Shown piece after piece: positions 19,729 to 29,159 of a stretch of 64,000 bases of DNA. The stretch is from an uncultured Gemmatimonadales bacterium (GTDB lineage Bacteria > Gemmatimonadota > Gemmatimonadetes > Gemmatimonadales > GWC2-71-9). The stretch is taken from contig CAVXLC010000003.1 of the NCBI GenBank assembly GCA_963762545.1, forward strand, positions 130,967 through 194,966, read 5' to 3'. Position 1 is the stretch's first letter. Each line of letters starts with the position of its first letter. Position numbers and translations under genes: made by a program. The notes under the pieces were generated by a model. It saw only the letters and a list, made by a program, of their open reading frames with translations. It had not been told where the DNA came from and did not search any database.

Positions 19729-20988
19729 TTACCCTTCATCCTTCGGCTGGGTGCTCCCGGGAATGCCCGCACCGTACCGGCAGGCCTCGACCCCTTCCTT
19801 GCGCCGGGCCACGGCGCAGTGCGTCTCCCGCTCCGCCTCGGGGCCGATCAGCGCCCTGATCTGCTCGCCCGCAGCCTGATAGCAGAGCAGAGAGCCCGGC
19901 GCGTTCCCCAGCACACCGCAGAACGCCATCCCCGGCTCGGCCCGGGCGCCCCAATCGATCAGCGCCTTGACCGCGCCGAAGTAGCACCACTTGCGGTACT
20001 TCTCGGCGCCCTGGTCGCAATAGTCCCGGGTGCGGTCGGGATTGCGTCCGGCCTTGGCCGTGATGTCTCGCCCCAGGCTCCGGTAACAGACCGCCCGCAT
20101 GTCGTCCGGGGCGGTATCGCAGACTTCCGCGGCCTTCCGGATGCTGCCCCGGTTGAAATGCAGGATGGCGGCGGTCTGGATCTCGTAGCAGGGCTGGAGG
20201 TACTTCGCCGCCATGATGGAACAGGGATAGAGGGGCTGGGTCCGGTCGAGGCGCTTGAACGTGGAGTGTCCCATGTTCATGTGATCGTGCTCGCGGCTCG
20301 CGGCGAGCTCCGTGGCCGGATGGTGCGGCGCGATCTCCTCCATGATGTTTTCCATGAAGGCGCCGCCGTAGCAGGACACCCGGTCCCATCCGTCGCCCAG
20401 CAGGTCGCAGGTGCCGAGGGCGCGGGGGAGGTCGCCGCCGTACATCATGTCCAGCCCGTGTCCCATGCCGTGGACGCACTGGAAGAGCTGCCACTGGGGC
20501 TGGTCGGGTCTGCGGTAGGGCGCGCAGAGCCTGTTGATGGTGACGCTGTCCATCGACGACTGGCTCTCGAGATACGCCTGGATCACCCCGTGGCCACAGC
20601 CCGAGGCGAATTCGACGGGGCAATGGTCGAACGCGGCCGGCACGCTGCGCAGGTGCAGGTAGCCCTCGATGCCGATCCCGTGGGCATAGACGTGGCCGTC
20701 ACGGTTGGCATCGCGGTCGAGGAGTGCCACGGACTGGAGCGCGGCGATCGCGCCGGCGACGCCCTTGTCGCGTACGATCTCGGTGAAGGCCGCGCGGTAG
20801 CAGTCGCCCCGGAGCGGGCGCGAAAGCCGGGTGCAGGGGCCCGCCGGGCCCAGCCGAGCGCGGGTGGCCTGGTTCAGGCGGAGCGGACCCGAGCGTACGG
20901 CGTAGTACGCGCCGACGACGCCGGCACCGAATAGAAGGATCGCGGCCGTCATTGCGGCGAGGCGTGGCTGCGGCGTCATGTCGTCCAC
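19729..20988 (-). CDS. membrane-anchored cysteine-pair repeat protein (hypothetical)
   Basis: 419 aa. N-terminal anchor AAMTAAILLFGAGVVGAYYAV. Eighteen Cys are arranged as nine pairs with recurring second-Cys context C(Y/V/G)xxxG/A (DCYRAAF, GCGHGVIQAY, QCVHGMGHGL, SCYGGAFMENI, PCYEIQTAAI, VCYRSLGRDI, WCYFGAVKAL, LCYQAAGEQI, ACRYGAG). No family recognised. Confidence 0.65.
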   Translation of the reverse strand: MDDMTPQPRLAAMTAAILLFGAGVVGAYYAVRSGPLRLNQATRARLGPAGPCTRLSRPLRGDCYRAAFTEIVRDKGVAGAIAALQSVALLDRDANRDGHVYAHGIGIEGYLHLRSVPAAFDHCPVEFASGCGHGVIQAYLESQSSMDSVTINRLCAPYRRPDQPQWQLFQCVHGMGHGLDMMYGGDLPRALGTCDLLGDGWDRVSCYGGAFMENIMEEIAPHHPATELAASREHDHMNMGHSTFKRLDRTQPLYPCSIMAAKYLQPCYEIQTAAILHFNRGSIRKAAEVCDTAPDDMRAVCYRSLGRDITAKAGRNPDRTRDYCDQGAEKYRKWCYFGAVKALIDWGARAEPGMAFCGVLGNAPGSLLCYQAAGEQIRALIGPEAERETHCAVARRKEGVEACRYGAGIPGSTQPKDEG

Positions 20989-21300
20989 CGGTCTGAAAGC
21001 GGTCTCAGGTCGAGCACGGGCGACCTCCCGGCCGCGCGGATCCCGACAGAAAAAGTAATCCGGGCGGGATCATCTGACCGGCTGCCGGCGCGACCGCGGG
21101 CGGAAATACTGCACGTACCGGATTCTGGCTGCGCAGTCGCGGTGGGGGCCGTCCTGCACTGATCGAAGGAGACCTCGGGCTTGGTGCGGATGGACTCCGG
21201 CGTCCGCACCATGAGCTTCATCTTGCCCTTACCGAGCAGCGTCGGCGTCGAGCCGCGCTGATCCGATCCTCGGGCTGCTGGACGGCCGACTCGGCCAGCC

Positions 21301-21735
21301 TCACCGCTGCCGGGCGTCCGCGCCGTTCCGCCTCTGCACGAGGGCCACCAGCATCGCCACGAGATTGATCACTGCGCAGCAGACCCCCACAATGATCAAC
21401 GCCCGCGCCGTCCGACGGAGAACACTCAGCCGGTTGATGCCGAGGAGGACGAGGCCCAACTTGGTGGTCAGCAGAAAAGCCGAAGCGGAAAACAGCAGCA
21501 ACTGGATGAGCAGCAGCGCCCGGTAGCCGAGCCCCGCCGAGAGCCAGTAGAAGGCCATCGCGACGAGGAGCCAGGCGAGCAGCCCGGTGCGGGTGGATTG
21601 ACCCAGTGGAAGCCCTATGATAAGTGGCACCACGACAATGCCAAGCATGAGCAGCCAGAAGAGCAGCCGCAGGCTGGCGCGTTTGAGCTCCCCAGGGCTC
21701 GCTTCTTCGGCGGGGTGGTGGATGGGGTTATTCAT
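21301..21735 (-). CDS. hypothetical integral membrane protein (144 aa, ~4 TM)
   Basis: ATG start with strongly hydrophobic segments (LRLLFWLLMLGIVVVPLIIGL, LLAWLLVAMAFYWL, LLLIQLLLFSASAFLL, LIIVGVCCAVINLVAMLVAL). No family recognised. Confidence 0.55.
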   Translation of the reverse strand: MNNPIHHPAEEASPGELKRASLRLLFWLLMLGIVVVPLIIGLPLGQSTRTGLLAWLLVAMAFYWLSAGLGYRALLLIQLLLFSASAFLLTTKLGLVLLGINRLSVLRRTARALIIVGVCCAVINLVAMLVALVQRRNGADARQR

Positions 21736-21835
21736 CGCCGCGTCCCCAACAAGCGTCCATCGCCTTCTTCAATCACCGGGCTCATTGGACTTCTCCTTGG
21801 TGTCGGATCCGAACCGGGTCGAGTGCGGCATCCCC

Positions 21836-24325
21836 TCACGGCTCTTCGCCGATGGGCATGCCGGGAGGGGGCGTGAAGGGCGGCGGCAGGACGGCCGGAT
21901 CCCAGGGCCGCTCCAGGAATCTCCGGATATCGGAGGCGAGCAACATCAAATGGGCGGTTCCCTCCCCTGCGCCCGCGAGCGTGGCCGCGCCGGGCGCGGG
22001 CAGCCCGGCCATGAAGGCCCGGAGCTTCATCTGGGCGATCGCCCGGACTTCCGGGCTCCGCGCCGTCTGGGCCAGCCCCATGAGGCGGTCCACCAGCACC
22101 CGCTGCACTCCGCGCCCGATCGCGGCCAGGTAGGTGTCGGGGGATTCCGGGCGTCCCGCTTTGAGGGCGTTGTCGATCACTTCGCCGAGGCCCGGCAGGC
22201 TCGGGTCCAGCGCGTGCTGCTGCACCAGCCGCGCCGCTCGCTCCGGATTGAACACCAGCTGGGCCACCATGTCGGCAGCGGCCTCGGCGGGGCTGATCGC
22301 GTCGAACACCGGATCGGTCACCCGCGCGAAGAGCTCCCGGTGCTCGGGAAATCCCGACGGCCGGGGAGGAATCGTGGCCAGGAGCTTTCGTGGAATGGCC
22401 AGTTCCTTCGGGTTGAGCGTGGCCAGCACCGCCGAGAGGGCTTTTCGCTGCTCCGCCGCGGGCACGGAATGGAGTGGTTCCTGGCCGTCGCCGCGGACGG
22501 CGTAGGTGTAGTACTGTCCGCCCACGACCTTGACCGCCGCCTCGACCTGGTACCGGTGATGCAGGTAGAGCGGGACCAGCACTTCCTCCAGCAGCGCGAG
22601 CGGCTCACCCAGCTTGATGGCCTCCACGCCGAAATGGTCCAGCGCCGCCCGGCGCACCTGCATGACCCGGCCGAGCTCCACCGTCGGGTCGGCTCCGTTG
22701 TCCCACAGGTGGGTGTTCGGGTGGGCGCTGCCGAAGGGGCGGGCATCCTGGTCGGTCAGGAACAGGAGTCCCTTGGCGCGGGCCCCGGCGAGCAGCGCAT
22801 CGAGGGCCTTGGGTTCGTCGGTGCCGGGTGGAAAGTCGGTGTAGCCGAACTTGATCGCCTCCTTGTCCCAGGCCCCGATGCCGACCGCATAGGCATCCGA
22901 CAGGTCAATGCCGCCGCCGGGCGCCAGTTTGACGACCGGATGCGGGTAATCCATCACCGACGCCCGGTCGGCTGCGCTGCTGAGGTAATTATGCTGCAGC
23001 CCGAGGGTATGGCCTACCTCGTGCGCCGCGAGTTGGCGTAGCCGCGCCAGCGTCATCGCCTCCGCCGCGGTGGCCTTCTCGGTGCCGGTCTTGTAGGGAC
23101 TGAGCAGCCCTTCGGCCAGCATGTAGTCCTGCCGGGCCCGCTCCGAGCCCAGGGTCACGTGGCCCTTGATGATTTCCCCGGTACGCGGATCGGTGACGGT
23201 GTTGCCGTAGCTCCAGCCCCGGGTGAACCGATGCACCCACTGAATCATGTTGTAGCGTACGTCGAGCGGATCGGCGCCCTCGGGGAGCAGCTCGACGCGG
23301 AACGCATCCTGGTAGCCCGCCGCCTCGAAGGCCTGATTCCACCACCGGGCGCCCTCGAGGATGGCGCTGCGGAACGGCTCGGGCGCGCCCCGGTCCAGGT
23401 AATACACGATCGGCTGCACCGGTTCCGATCGCGCGGCCGCGGGGTCCTTCTTCTGAAGCCGATGCCGTGCGAGGAGCTGGTGAACCTGGTCCACCCCGAG
23501 GGGCGAAGTGAAATCCATGTAGTCGGTGGAGTAGAACCCGGAGCGCGGGTCGAACCGGCGCGGGGTGTAGCCCGGCCCCGGCAGCTCCACCAGGGAGCTG
23601 CGCTCCCGCATGGTGAGCGCTTCCGGCGTCGGCGCCACGTCGCGAACCCAGGGCCCCGGATTGTCGCCGACGAAGGTGAGGGTGACCTCGATCTCCGTGT
23701 TCTTGGGGAAGACCTTGGTGCGCTCCGGATCCACCGCGCTGCGCGAGGCATCCACCCGGTAGCTGCCCTGACGGGTGCGGGACAGCGTCGAGATGACGTC
23801 ATGCACGTCCCGCACCACGAAGTCCGTGGCGTCAACCAGCACGGTCCCGTCGGTTTCGGCTTCGATCTTGAAGCCCCACAGGGTGGAGATCGCGAACGAC
23901 TCCTCCACCCCGCGCCGCGCTGCCAGGCTGGTATCGCTGGAGCGGAATCCATAGTTGGGCTGCACCATCAACAGCTTGTTGCCGATCCGCTGGAAGCGTA
24001 CGATGCGCTCCCGCCCGATCTGTCCGCGGTCGATGCCGATATCGTTGGAGCCGAGGCCGGTAGGCGCACCGGTGATGTAGAGCAGCTCCGCACCCAGCCG
24101 GGCGGGAGCCAGCTCCATCCAGAGCTTGCCGCTCGCCGGATCCCAGTAGAGCGGCACGAAGCCGTCCCGCTTGTCGAGACCCCGGGTCTTCTCGGCGATG
24201 CTCGGCAGCGCCTGGGCATGGAGGGCGGATCGCGGCGCCAGCATGACGGCCCCGGCGAAGACACAAACCGCGGCGAGTTGGTGGATCGGCCGGACGGAAC
24301 CTGAAATGGGGGAACCCGGGCGCAT
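21836..24325 (-). CDS. secreted zinc-dependent metalloprotease (DUF5117/DUF4953-type)
   Basis: 829 aa with a signal peptide (AAVCVFAGAVMLAPRSALHAQA). Zincin motif AAHEVGHTLGLQHNY. The N-terminal LYWDPASGKLWMEL block is typical of this large secreted protease family. Confidence 0.85.
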   Translation of the reverse strand: MRPGSPISGSVRPIHQLAAVCVFAGAVMLAPRSALHAQALPSIAEKTRGLDKRDGFVPLYWDPASGKLWMELAPARLGAELLYITGAPTGLGSNDIGIDRGQIGRERIVRFQRIGNKLLMVQPNYGFRSSDTSLAARRGVEESFAISTLWGFKIEAETDGTVLVDATDFVVRDVHDVISTLSRTRQGSYRVDASRSAVDPERTKVFPKNTEIEVTLTFVGDNPGPWVRDVAPTPEALTMRERSSLVELPGPGYTPRRFDPRSGFYSTDYMDFTSPLGVDQVHQLLARHRLQKKDPAAARSEPVQPIVYYLDRGAPEPFRSAILEGARWWNQAFEAAGYQDAFRVELLPEGADPLDVRYNMIQWVHRFTRGWSYGNTVTDPRTGEIIKGHVTLGSERARQDYMLAEGLLSPYKTGTEKATAAEAMTLARLRQLAAHEVGHTLGLQHNYLSSAADRASVMDYPHPVVKLAPGGGIDLSDAYAVGIGAWDKEAIKFGYTDFPPGTDEPKALDALLAGARAKGLLFLTDQDARPFGSAHPNTHLWDNGADPTVELGRVMQVRRAALDHFGVEAIKLGEPLALLEEVLVPLYLHHRYQVEAAVKVVGGQYYTYAVRGDGQEPLHSVPAAEQRKALSAVLATLNPKELAIPRKLLATIPPRPSGFPEHRELFARVTDPVFDAISPAEAAADMVAQLVFNPERAARLVQQHALDPSLPGLGEVIDNALKAGRPESPDTYLAAIGRGVQRVLVDRLMGLAQTARSPEVRAIAQMKLRAFMAGLPAPGAATLAGAGEGTAHLMLLASDIRRFLERPWDPAVLPPPFTPPPGMPIGEEP

Positions 24326-24394
24326 GAGAAGTCTCCAGCGGGAATTTCGAGCGGGAGTCCGGAATCTGGCCGCCCCGCTCCGGTTCCGCCAGAG

Positions 24395-25348
24395 TTATCG
24401 CGCCGGCGGGCCGTTCCCGCCGGGGGCGCCGGCGATCAGCTCATCGAGGATCCGGGTGGTGCTCCACCCGGGGTGACGGGCCTGGAGAACCGAGAGCTCG
24501 ACCTCCCTGCATCGCACCTGTTCGGTGCCCGCCCCGCGACAGCTCACCACGACATCCAGCAACGGCGTGCGGGTCGGCGAATCGTCGTCCTCGCCGAATT
24601 GCACCAGAAACACGGCGGTACTTCCCGTCGGGTCGGTGCGAATCCGGCTCGTGATGCTGCTGCCGAAGTGCTCGGCATCCATCGGATGGTTGTGGGCCTG
24701 GAACCATGCCTCGCCCAGCCGCTCATAAGCCTGTCGGGTCGCCGCGATGTAGCTGAGCCGCACCGAATCGTACGGCTCGCCGGGATACACCCGGATGTCC
24801 CGGCTCGTGTGCGGATCCCAGGTCCACAGCTCGGCGGGATGGGCGGCCAGGAAGTGCGGCATGCTCCGGTGATAGAAGATCCGTCCCGACGGCAACAGCG
24901 CCAGCAGCCACCCGTCGAGCGCGGCCAGCGGACGGAGCGCGCGATCCAGCACGATGACCGTCCCCGCCGACGGATTGGTATGGGTGTCCAGGAAGATCTG
25001 GTCCGCGGAATGCTGGACATCCAGGACCGATCCCACCTCCCACGCTGGCGGCGCGGCCCGGCGCCGCTCCAGCGCCGCATGGGTCCAGGCGTTCGTCCGG
25101 CGGTCGAACGCGCTGATCCGCAGCGTGTCCGGCAGCGGGTTCCCATCCGGGCCCAGCGGGGTGAAGGCGATGACGAACAAATCGGGCCAGTTCTCGGCGG
25201 AATAGCTGCCGATCCGGCGGTCCAGGTCGGCGGGGCCCTTCCTCCCGGACGGGACCGGGAACTCATGCAGGATTTCCCGAAGGGTCTGGGCCGGGGCGGC
25301 GCGGGGAAGCGCCAGCACCACCAGGGCCACGGTCCGAAGCCGGATCAA
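24395..25348 (-). CDS. secreted hypothetical protein
   Basis: Preferred start is the TTG at 25348, giving MIRLRTVALVVLALPRAAPAQ (signal peptide), with a GAGGTGAT Shine-Dalgarno about 10 nt upstream. The track's longest ORF starts at 25414. No family recognised. Confidence 0.6.
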   Translation of the reverse strand: MIRLRTVALVVLALPRAAPAQTLREILHEFPVPSGRKGPADLDRRIGSYSAENWPDLFVIAFTPLGPDGNPLPDTLRISAFDRRTNAWTHAALERRRAAPPAWEVGSVLDVQHSADQIFLDTHTNPSAGTVIVLDRALRPLAALDGWLLALLPSGRIFYHRSMPHFLAAHPAELWTWDPHTSRDIRVYPGEPYDSVRLSYIAATRQAYERLGEAWFQAHNHPMDAEHFGSSITSRIRTDPTGSTAVFLVQFGEDDDSPTRTPLLDVVVSCRGAGTEQVRCREVELSVLQARHPGWSTTRILDELIAGAPGGNGPPAR

Positions 25349-25532
25349 AGGGCCACGATCACCTCGTTGGGGTCTCTCTCCCAACGAGCCGCCTCGCCAC
25401 CAGGTTTCCTCCATTCCGCTCGCCGGCCCCGAGCCGGAGCGCCCGACCGATCCGGCCGGCGAGCCGTTCGGGAACCTCGATCCGGTCGAGTCGCGCCGTG
25501 ACCCCTTTCAGGACGGTTACCATGGTAGAATC

Positions 25533-26483
25533 GTGGCAGTCTCAACCGATAGCGCGGACCCGGGCCGGCAGGTTCCCGAGGCCCTGCCTACCGGGAACCC
25601 TCCCCCCCGGAGTAGCGTTGACGACGTTCCCATGACCCGGACCCTGACGAATCCGCCCAGTCCACTGGACGCCGTGATCACCCCGCCGATACGCCCGAGG
25701 GTCCGCGGCGGCCGCGTGCGCGCGGGACTCAAGATCTACGCGGCCGGATTCTGGACCGCGATCCTGTTCAGCACCTGGGCGCTGGGCAGTATCGGCACGC
25801 TGCTCTTTCCGCGAGCCAGGGTGCGCTGGCGGCACCGGGTGGTGCGCACCTGGGCCCGGGCCGTCTGTAACATCCTGGGGGCCCGGATTCAGATGTCCGG
25901 CACCCCGCCGCGGGCCCCGTTCTTCCTGGCGGCCAACCACCTGACCTACGTGGACATCCTGCTGCTGTACACGAGGGTGGACGGGGTATTCATCGCCAAG
26001 CGGGACATGCGGCATTGGCCGGTGCTGGGGCCCCTGGCTCACCTGTTCGGTACCATCTGGGTCAAGCGCGAGGTGCGCCGCGACGCCGTTCGCGTACTGG
26101 ACCTGATCGATGAGTCGATTGCCCGCGGCGACGGCGTCATCCTCTTTGCGGAGGGAACCACCTCGGCTGGAAATGCGTTGCTGCCCATGCGACCCGCCCT
26201 GTTCGACTGGGCGGCCCGCGAGCAGTATCCGGTGCACTACGCGGCCCTGACCTACCGCACCGATCCGGACATTCCGACTCACCTGGTGGTCGGCTGGTGG
26301 GGAGCGATGCCGTTCGTGAGCCACCTCTGGACCCTGTGCCGCATCAGGCGGTTCGACGCCCTGCTCGAGTTCGGGCCCGAAGCGATCGTCGCGCCTACTC
26401 GAGGAGAGCTGGCGGCCCGAGTCCAGCAGGCCATTGCGGCCCGCTTCGTTCCAATGGTGAGCACCGAAAGGCTCATGGCATGA
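25533..26483 (+). CDS. lysophospholipid / 1-acyl-sn-glycerol-3-phosphate acyltransferase family protein
   Basis: FFLAANHLTYVDILLL is a (N)Hx4D acyltransferase block I variant, and ILFAEGTTSAG is block III. There is an N-terminal hydrophobic segment. The start is uncertain; the ATG at 25632 (MTRTLTNPP) is also possible. Confidence 0.8.
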   Translation: MAVSTDSADPGRQVPEALPTGNPPPRSSVDDVPMTRTLTNPPSPLDAVITPPIRPRVRGGRVRAGLKIYAAGFWTAILFSTWALGSIGTLLFPRARVRWRHRVVRTWARAVCNILGARIQMSGTPPRAPFFLAANHLTYVDILLLYTRVDGVFIAKRDMRHWPVLGPLAHLFGTIWVKREVRRDAVRVLDLIDESIARGDGVILFAEGTTSAGNALLPMRPALFDWAAREQYPVHYAALTYRTDPDIPTHLVVGWWGAMPFVSHLWTLCRIRRFDALLEFGPEAIVAPTRGELAARVQQAIAARFVPMVSTERLMA

Positions 26484-26500
26484 CCGCCGCCCCGCGCTAG

Positions 26501-27217
26501 GTGTGCACGCTGAGCTGGACCCCCCTCCCGGACGGATATGCCCTCGCCATGAACCGGGACGAGCGCCGGACCCGCGCCCGCGGGCTTCCGCCCACCCCGA
26601 CGCTGGTCCGGAACGTTCGAGCCTTGATGCCGACCGACCCCGAGGCCGGCGGGACCTGGGTTTCGGTCAACCAGCACGGCATGACCATGGCCCTCCTCAA
26701 CCGGTACGAGGAGAGCCCCCAGGATCCCGGGGGGAGGTTCACCAGTCGCGGTCTGCTGATCCGGGACATGGGCTGGATGGAGGGACCGGAGGGGGTCGAA
26801 GGGGAGCTTCGTTCCCGGCCGCTCCAACACTTCCGGCCGTTCACTCTCGCGGGGCTGCCGCGGGGCGGGATGCCGCATCTGTTCGACTGGGATGGCCGCC
26901 GGCTCACCCGGTCGGTCGTCCCGGATCCCGGGCTGGTTCGGGCCAGTTCCGGTTCCCATCAGCTCGAGGCGGAACGGGCGCGGGGAGCGCTGTTTCGGGC
27001 CGCCTCGGGAGAGTCCGGCGGGCTCACGGCGGCCACGTTGGAGCAATTACACCGGAGTCATCAGCCGGTCCGTGGCCCAATTTCAATCTGCATGCATCGT
27101 GAAGAGGCAACGACGGTTAGCCTTTCACTAATCACCGTATCTAAGAAGAAGATCTCCATATTTTACGTTGATGGCCCGCCGGGCGAGACGGCCGGGGGCC
27201 TGCTGCATTCCCTATGA
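26501..27217 (+). CDS. NRDE family protein (TANGO2-like, PF05742-type)
   Basis: The GTG start gives M-C-T (N-terminal Cys) followed by the literal NRDE motif (LAMNRDERRTR) and GGTWVSVNQHG. Confidence 0.8.
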   Translation: MCTLSWTPLPDGYALAMNRDERRTRARGLPPTPTLVRNVRALMPTDPEAGGTWVSVNQHGMTMALLNRYEESPQDPGGRFTSRGLLIRDMGWMEGPEGVEGELRSRPLQHFRPFTLAGLPRGGMPHLFDWDGRRLTRSVVPDPGLVRASSGSHQLEAERARGALFRAASGESGGLTAATLEQLHRSHQPVRGPISICMHREEATTVSLSLITVSKKKISIFYVDGPPGETAGGLLHSL

Positions 27218-27350
27218 ACGGGCGACCCGAGCCGATCGGCCTCCTCGGGCGCCATCGCCGGGCACGGCGGCCCCATGCCGACCAGTCTACATTCTCCCCG
27301 GTGGCTGACACCCGCCTCCCTGCCCTGAGCATCGAGAGAGGATCGGCGCG

Positions 27351-28442
27351 ATGAGCGAACCCGAGTGGCACGACCTCGGCCCGGCCGAAGACCTGGCGCG
27401 GGTCCCCCTGCGCCAGCTTGTCATCGACCGGACCCGGATTGCCCTGAGCTGTTCGAACGGCGTATTCGGGGCGATCTCGGGCACCTGCAACCACGCCGGA
27501 GGGCCCTTGGGCGAAGGCCGGCTCGACGGGGAGTACGTCATCTGTCCCTGGCACAACTGGAAGTACCACCGGGTCGGGGGCCAGGGTGAGCCGGGCTACG
27601 AGGACGAGTGCGTGCCGCGCTACGACGTCCGGATCGAAGGCGGGCGGGTGCTGGTGAACCTCGAGGCCGCCACCAAGCGTCACCGCATTCCCCATCCCCC
27701 CCATCCGCTGGAGCGCAAGCTCGAGCGCGCGCCCGGCCCGCTCCGCGTGGCGGGGATTTCCACCACGGCGATGGACGCGGCGAATCCGCGGGTCTCGACC
27801 TCCGACCTGCTGCTCGAGGCGGCGCTCGGCCATGCCGCTGCCGTGAGTCACACCGAGACCCGCCTGATCAAGCTCAACCAGCTCAAGTTCCGGCATTGCG
27901 AGGGATACTACTCCAAGAGCGCCCACGCCTGCACCTGGCCTTGCTCGATTACCCAGATGGACCCGGCCGACGAGATGGACCAGGTGTACGAGGCGATGGT
28001 GCATTGGGCCGACGTCATCCTGGTCGCGACCCCGATCCGCTGGGGCTCGGCCAGCTCGCTCTACTTCAAGATGGCCGAGCGGCTCAACTGCGTGCAGAAT
28101 CAGATCACCATTCGGAACCGGCTCCTCATCCGCGACAAGGTGGCCAGCTTCATCGTCACGGGCGGCCAGGACAACGTGCAGGGCGTGGTGGGCGGACTGC
28201 TCACCTTCTTCGGCGAGCTGGGCTTCCTCTTTCCCCAGTTCCCCTTCATCGCCCACTCGCGCGGGTGGTCGGCGGAGGACATGGAAAACAACGTCCGCCA
28301 GGTGGAGCACAGCACCGACCTGAAGGAAGGGGCCGAGGCGCTGGCGGATCGCGCGATCCAGATGGCGGCGGAGCTGCTCAAGGTTCCGGTCACCCACGAG
28401 CACATGGCCCGCGGCGGCCGCAAGGCGCATCACCTGGCATAG
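27351..28442 (+). CDS. fusion protein: N-terminal Rieske [2Fe-2S] domain + C-terminal FMN-reductase / iron-sulfur-flavoprotein-like (flavodoxin-fold) domain
   Basis: Rieske boxes CNH-x16-CPWH (GTCNHAGGPLGEGRLDGEYVICPWHNWKY). The C-terminal half has the layout RVAGISTTAM...ADVILVATPIRWGSASSLYFKMAERL...FIVTGGQDN, typical of the NADPH-dependent FMN reductase fold, plus a C-x10-C-x3-C cluster (HCEGYYSKSAHACTWPC). A good RBS (GAGAGAGGA) lies upstream. No signal peptide. Confidence 0.85.
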   Translation: MSEPEWHDLGPAEDLARVPLRQLVIDRTRIALSCSNGVFGAISGTCNHAGGPLGEGRLDGEYVICPWHNWKYHRVGGQGEPGYEDECVPRYDVRIEGGRVLVNLEAATKRHRIPHPPHPLERKLERAPGPLRVAGISTTAMDAANPRVSTSDLLLEAALGHAAAVSHTETRLIKLNQLKFRHCEGYYSKSAHACTWPCSITQMDPADEMDQVYEAMVHWADVILVATPIRWGSASSLYFKMAERLNCVQNQITIRNRLLIRDKVASFIVTGGQDNVQGVVGGLLTFFGELGFLFPQFPFIAHSRGWSAEDMENNVRQVEHSTDLKEGAEALADRAIQMAAELLKVPVTHEHMARGGRKAHHLA

Positions 28443-28452
28443 GAGGAAGCGT

Positions 28453-29148
28453 ATGAGCACCGATCGGCGGGAGTTTCTGGGGGCGTTGGTAGGAGCGGGA
28501 CTGGTGCTCGACGGGAGGTCGGTAGGCCGGTACGTCGGTACCGCCCCGGGGACTACCCACCCGCTGACCGACCGACCTCCCGTCGCCCCGGGTGCCGAGT
28601 GGGACGTCTCCTGGACGGCCAGGGTATCCGGCCTGCACCGGGCGGTGTTCGATTCGCCGGAGGTCTCGGAGGGCCTCGGGCTGCTGCGGGCCCTGGTCTG
28701 GATCAAGGACTACGGCGAGGTCTATGGCACCGCCCCCGCGGACATGAGCGCGGTGGTGGTCCTGCGCCACAACGCGATCTGGATGGTGATGAACGACGAG
28801 TTCTGGGCGCTCCACGGGATCGGCGCGGTCACCAAGATCAACGACCCCAGGACCAAGCTGCCCATCAAGCGCAATCCGTTCCTCGGACCGACGCCGTTTG
28901 CCGAGCTGCCCCACGAGGTCGCGGACAACGTGCTCACCACCGTCCTGGGCACCGCCACGGTGCTGGCCTGCAACCTTGCCTTTCAGGATGTCGTAGAGAA
29001 GGTCAAGGCCCACGCCGGCGGCGACGACGCCAAGGCGCGCGCCATGGCCCTCGAACATGTGGTCCCGGGAATCATCCTGCAGCCATCGGGCGTCTTCGCG
29101 GTCACGCGGGCCCAGGAGGCCGGCTGTCAATACCTGCTCGCAAGCTGA
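28453..29148 (+). CDS. Tat-signal protein, paralogue 1 of a three-member family (DsrE/COG1416-like motif order; function unknown)
   Basis: MSTDRREFLGALVGAG is a twin-arginine motif. Shared blocks with the paralogues are RAVFDSP, VVVLRH, MNDEFW, KRNP, VLACNLAF, PGIILQPSGVF and AQEAGCQ. It starts 10 nt after the Rieske-fusion gene. Confidence 0.75.
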   Translation: MSTDRREFLGALVGAGLVLDGRSVGRYVGTAPGTTHPLTDRPPVAPGAEWDVSWTARVSGLHRAVFDSPEVSEGLGLLRALVWIKDYGEVYGTAPADMSAVVVLRHNAIWMVMNDEFWALHGIGAVTKINDPRTKLPIKRNPFLGPTPFAELPHEVADNVLTTVLGTATVLACNLAFQDVVEKVKAHAGGDDAKARAMALEHVVPGIILQPSGVFAVTRAQEAGCQYLLAS

Positions 29149-29159
29149 GAGGATCCTGC

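Noticed and set aside
20976-21300. 81-aa minus-strand ORF and upstream in-frame stretch (…STPTLLGKGKMKLMVRTPESIRTKPEVSF…), considered as a gene remnant or pseudogene
   Set aside because: I could recognise no family. The second half has artefact-like composition, and there is no RBS or partner. I left it unannotated.
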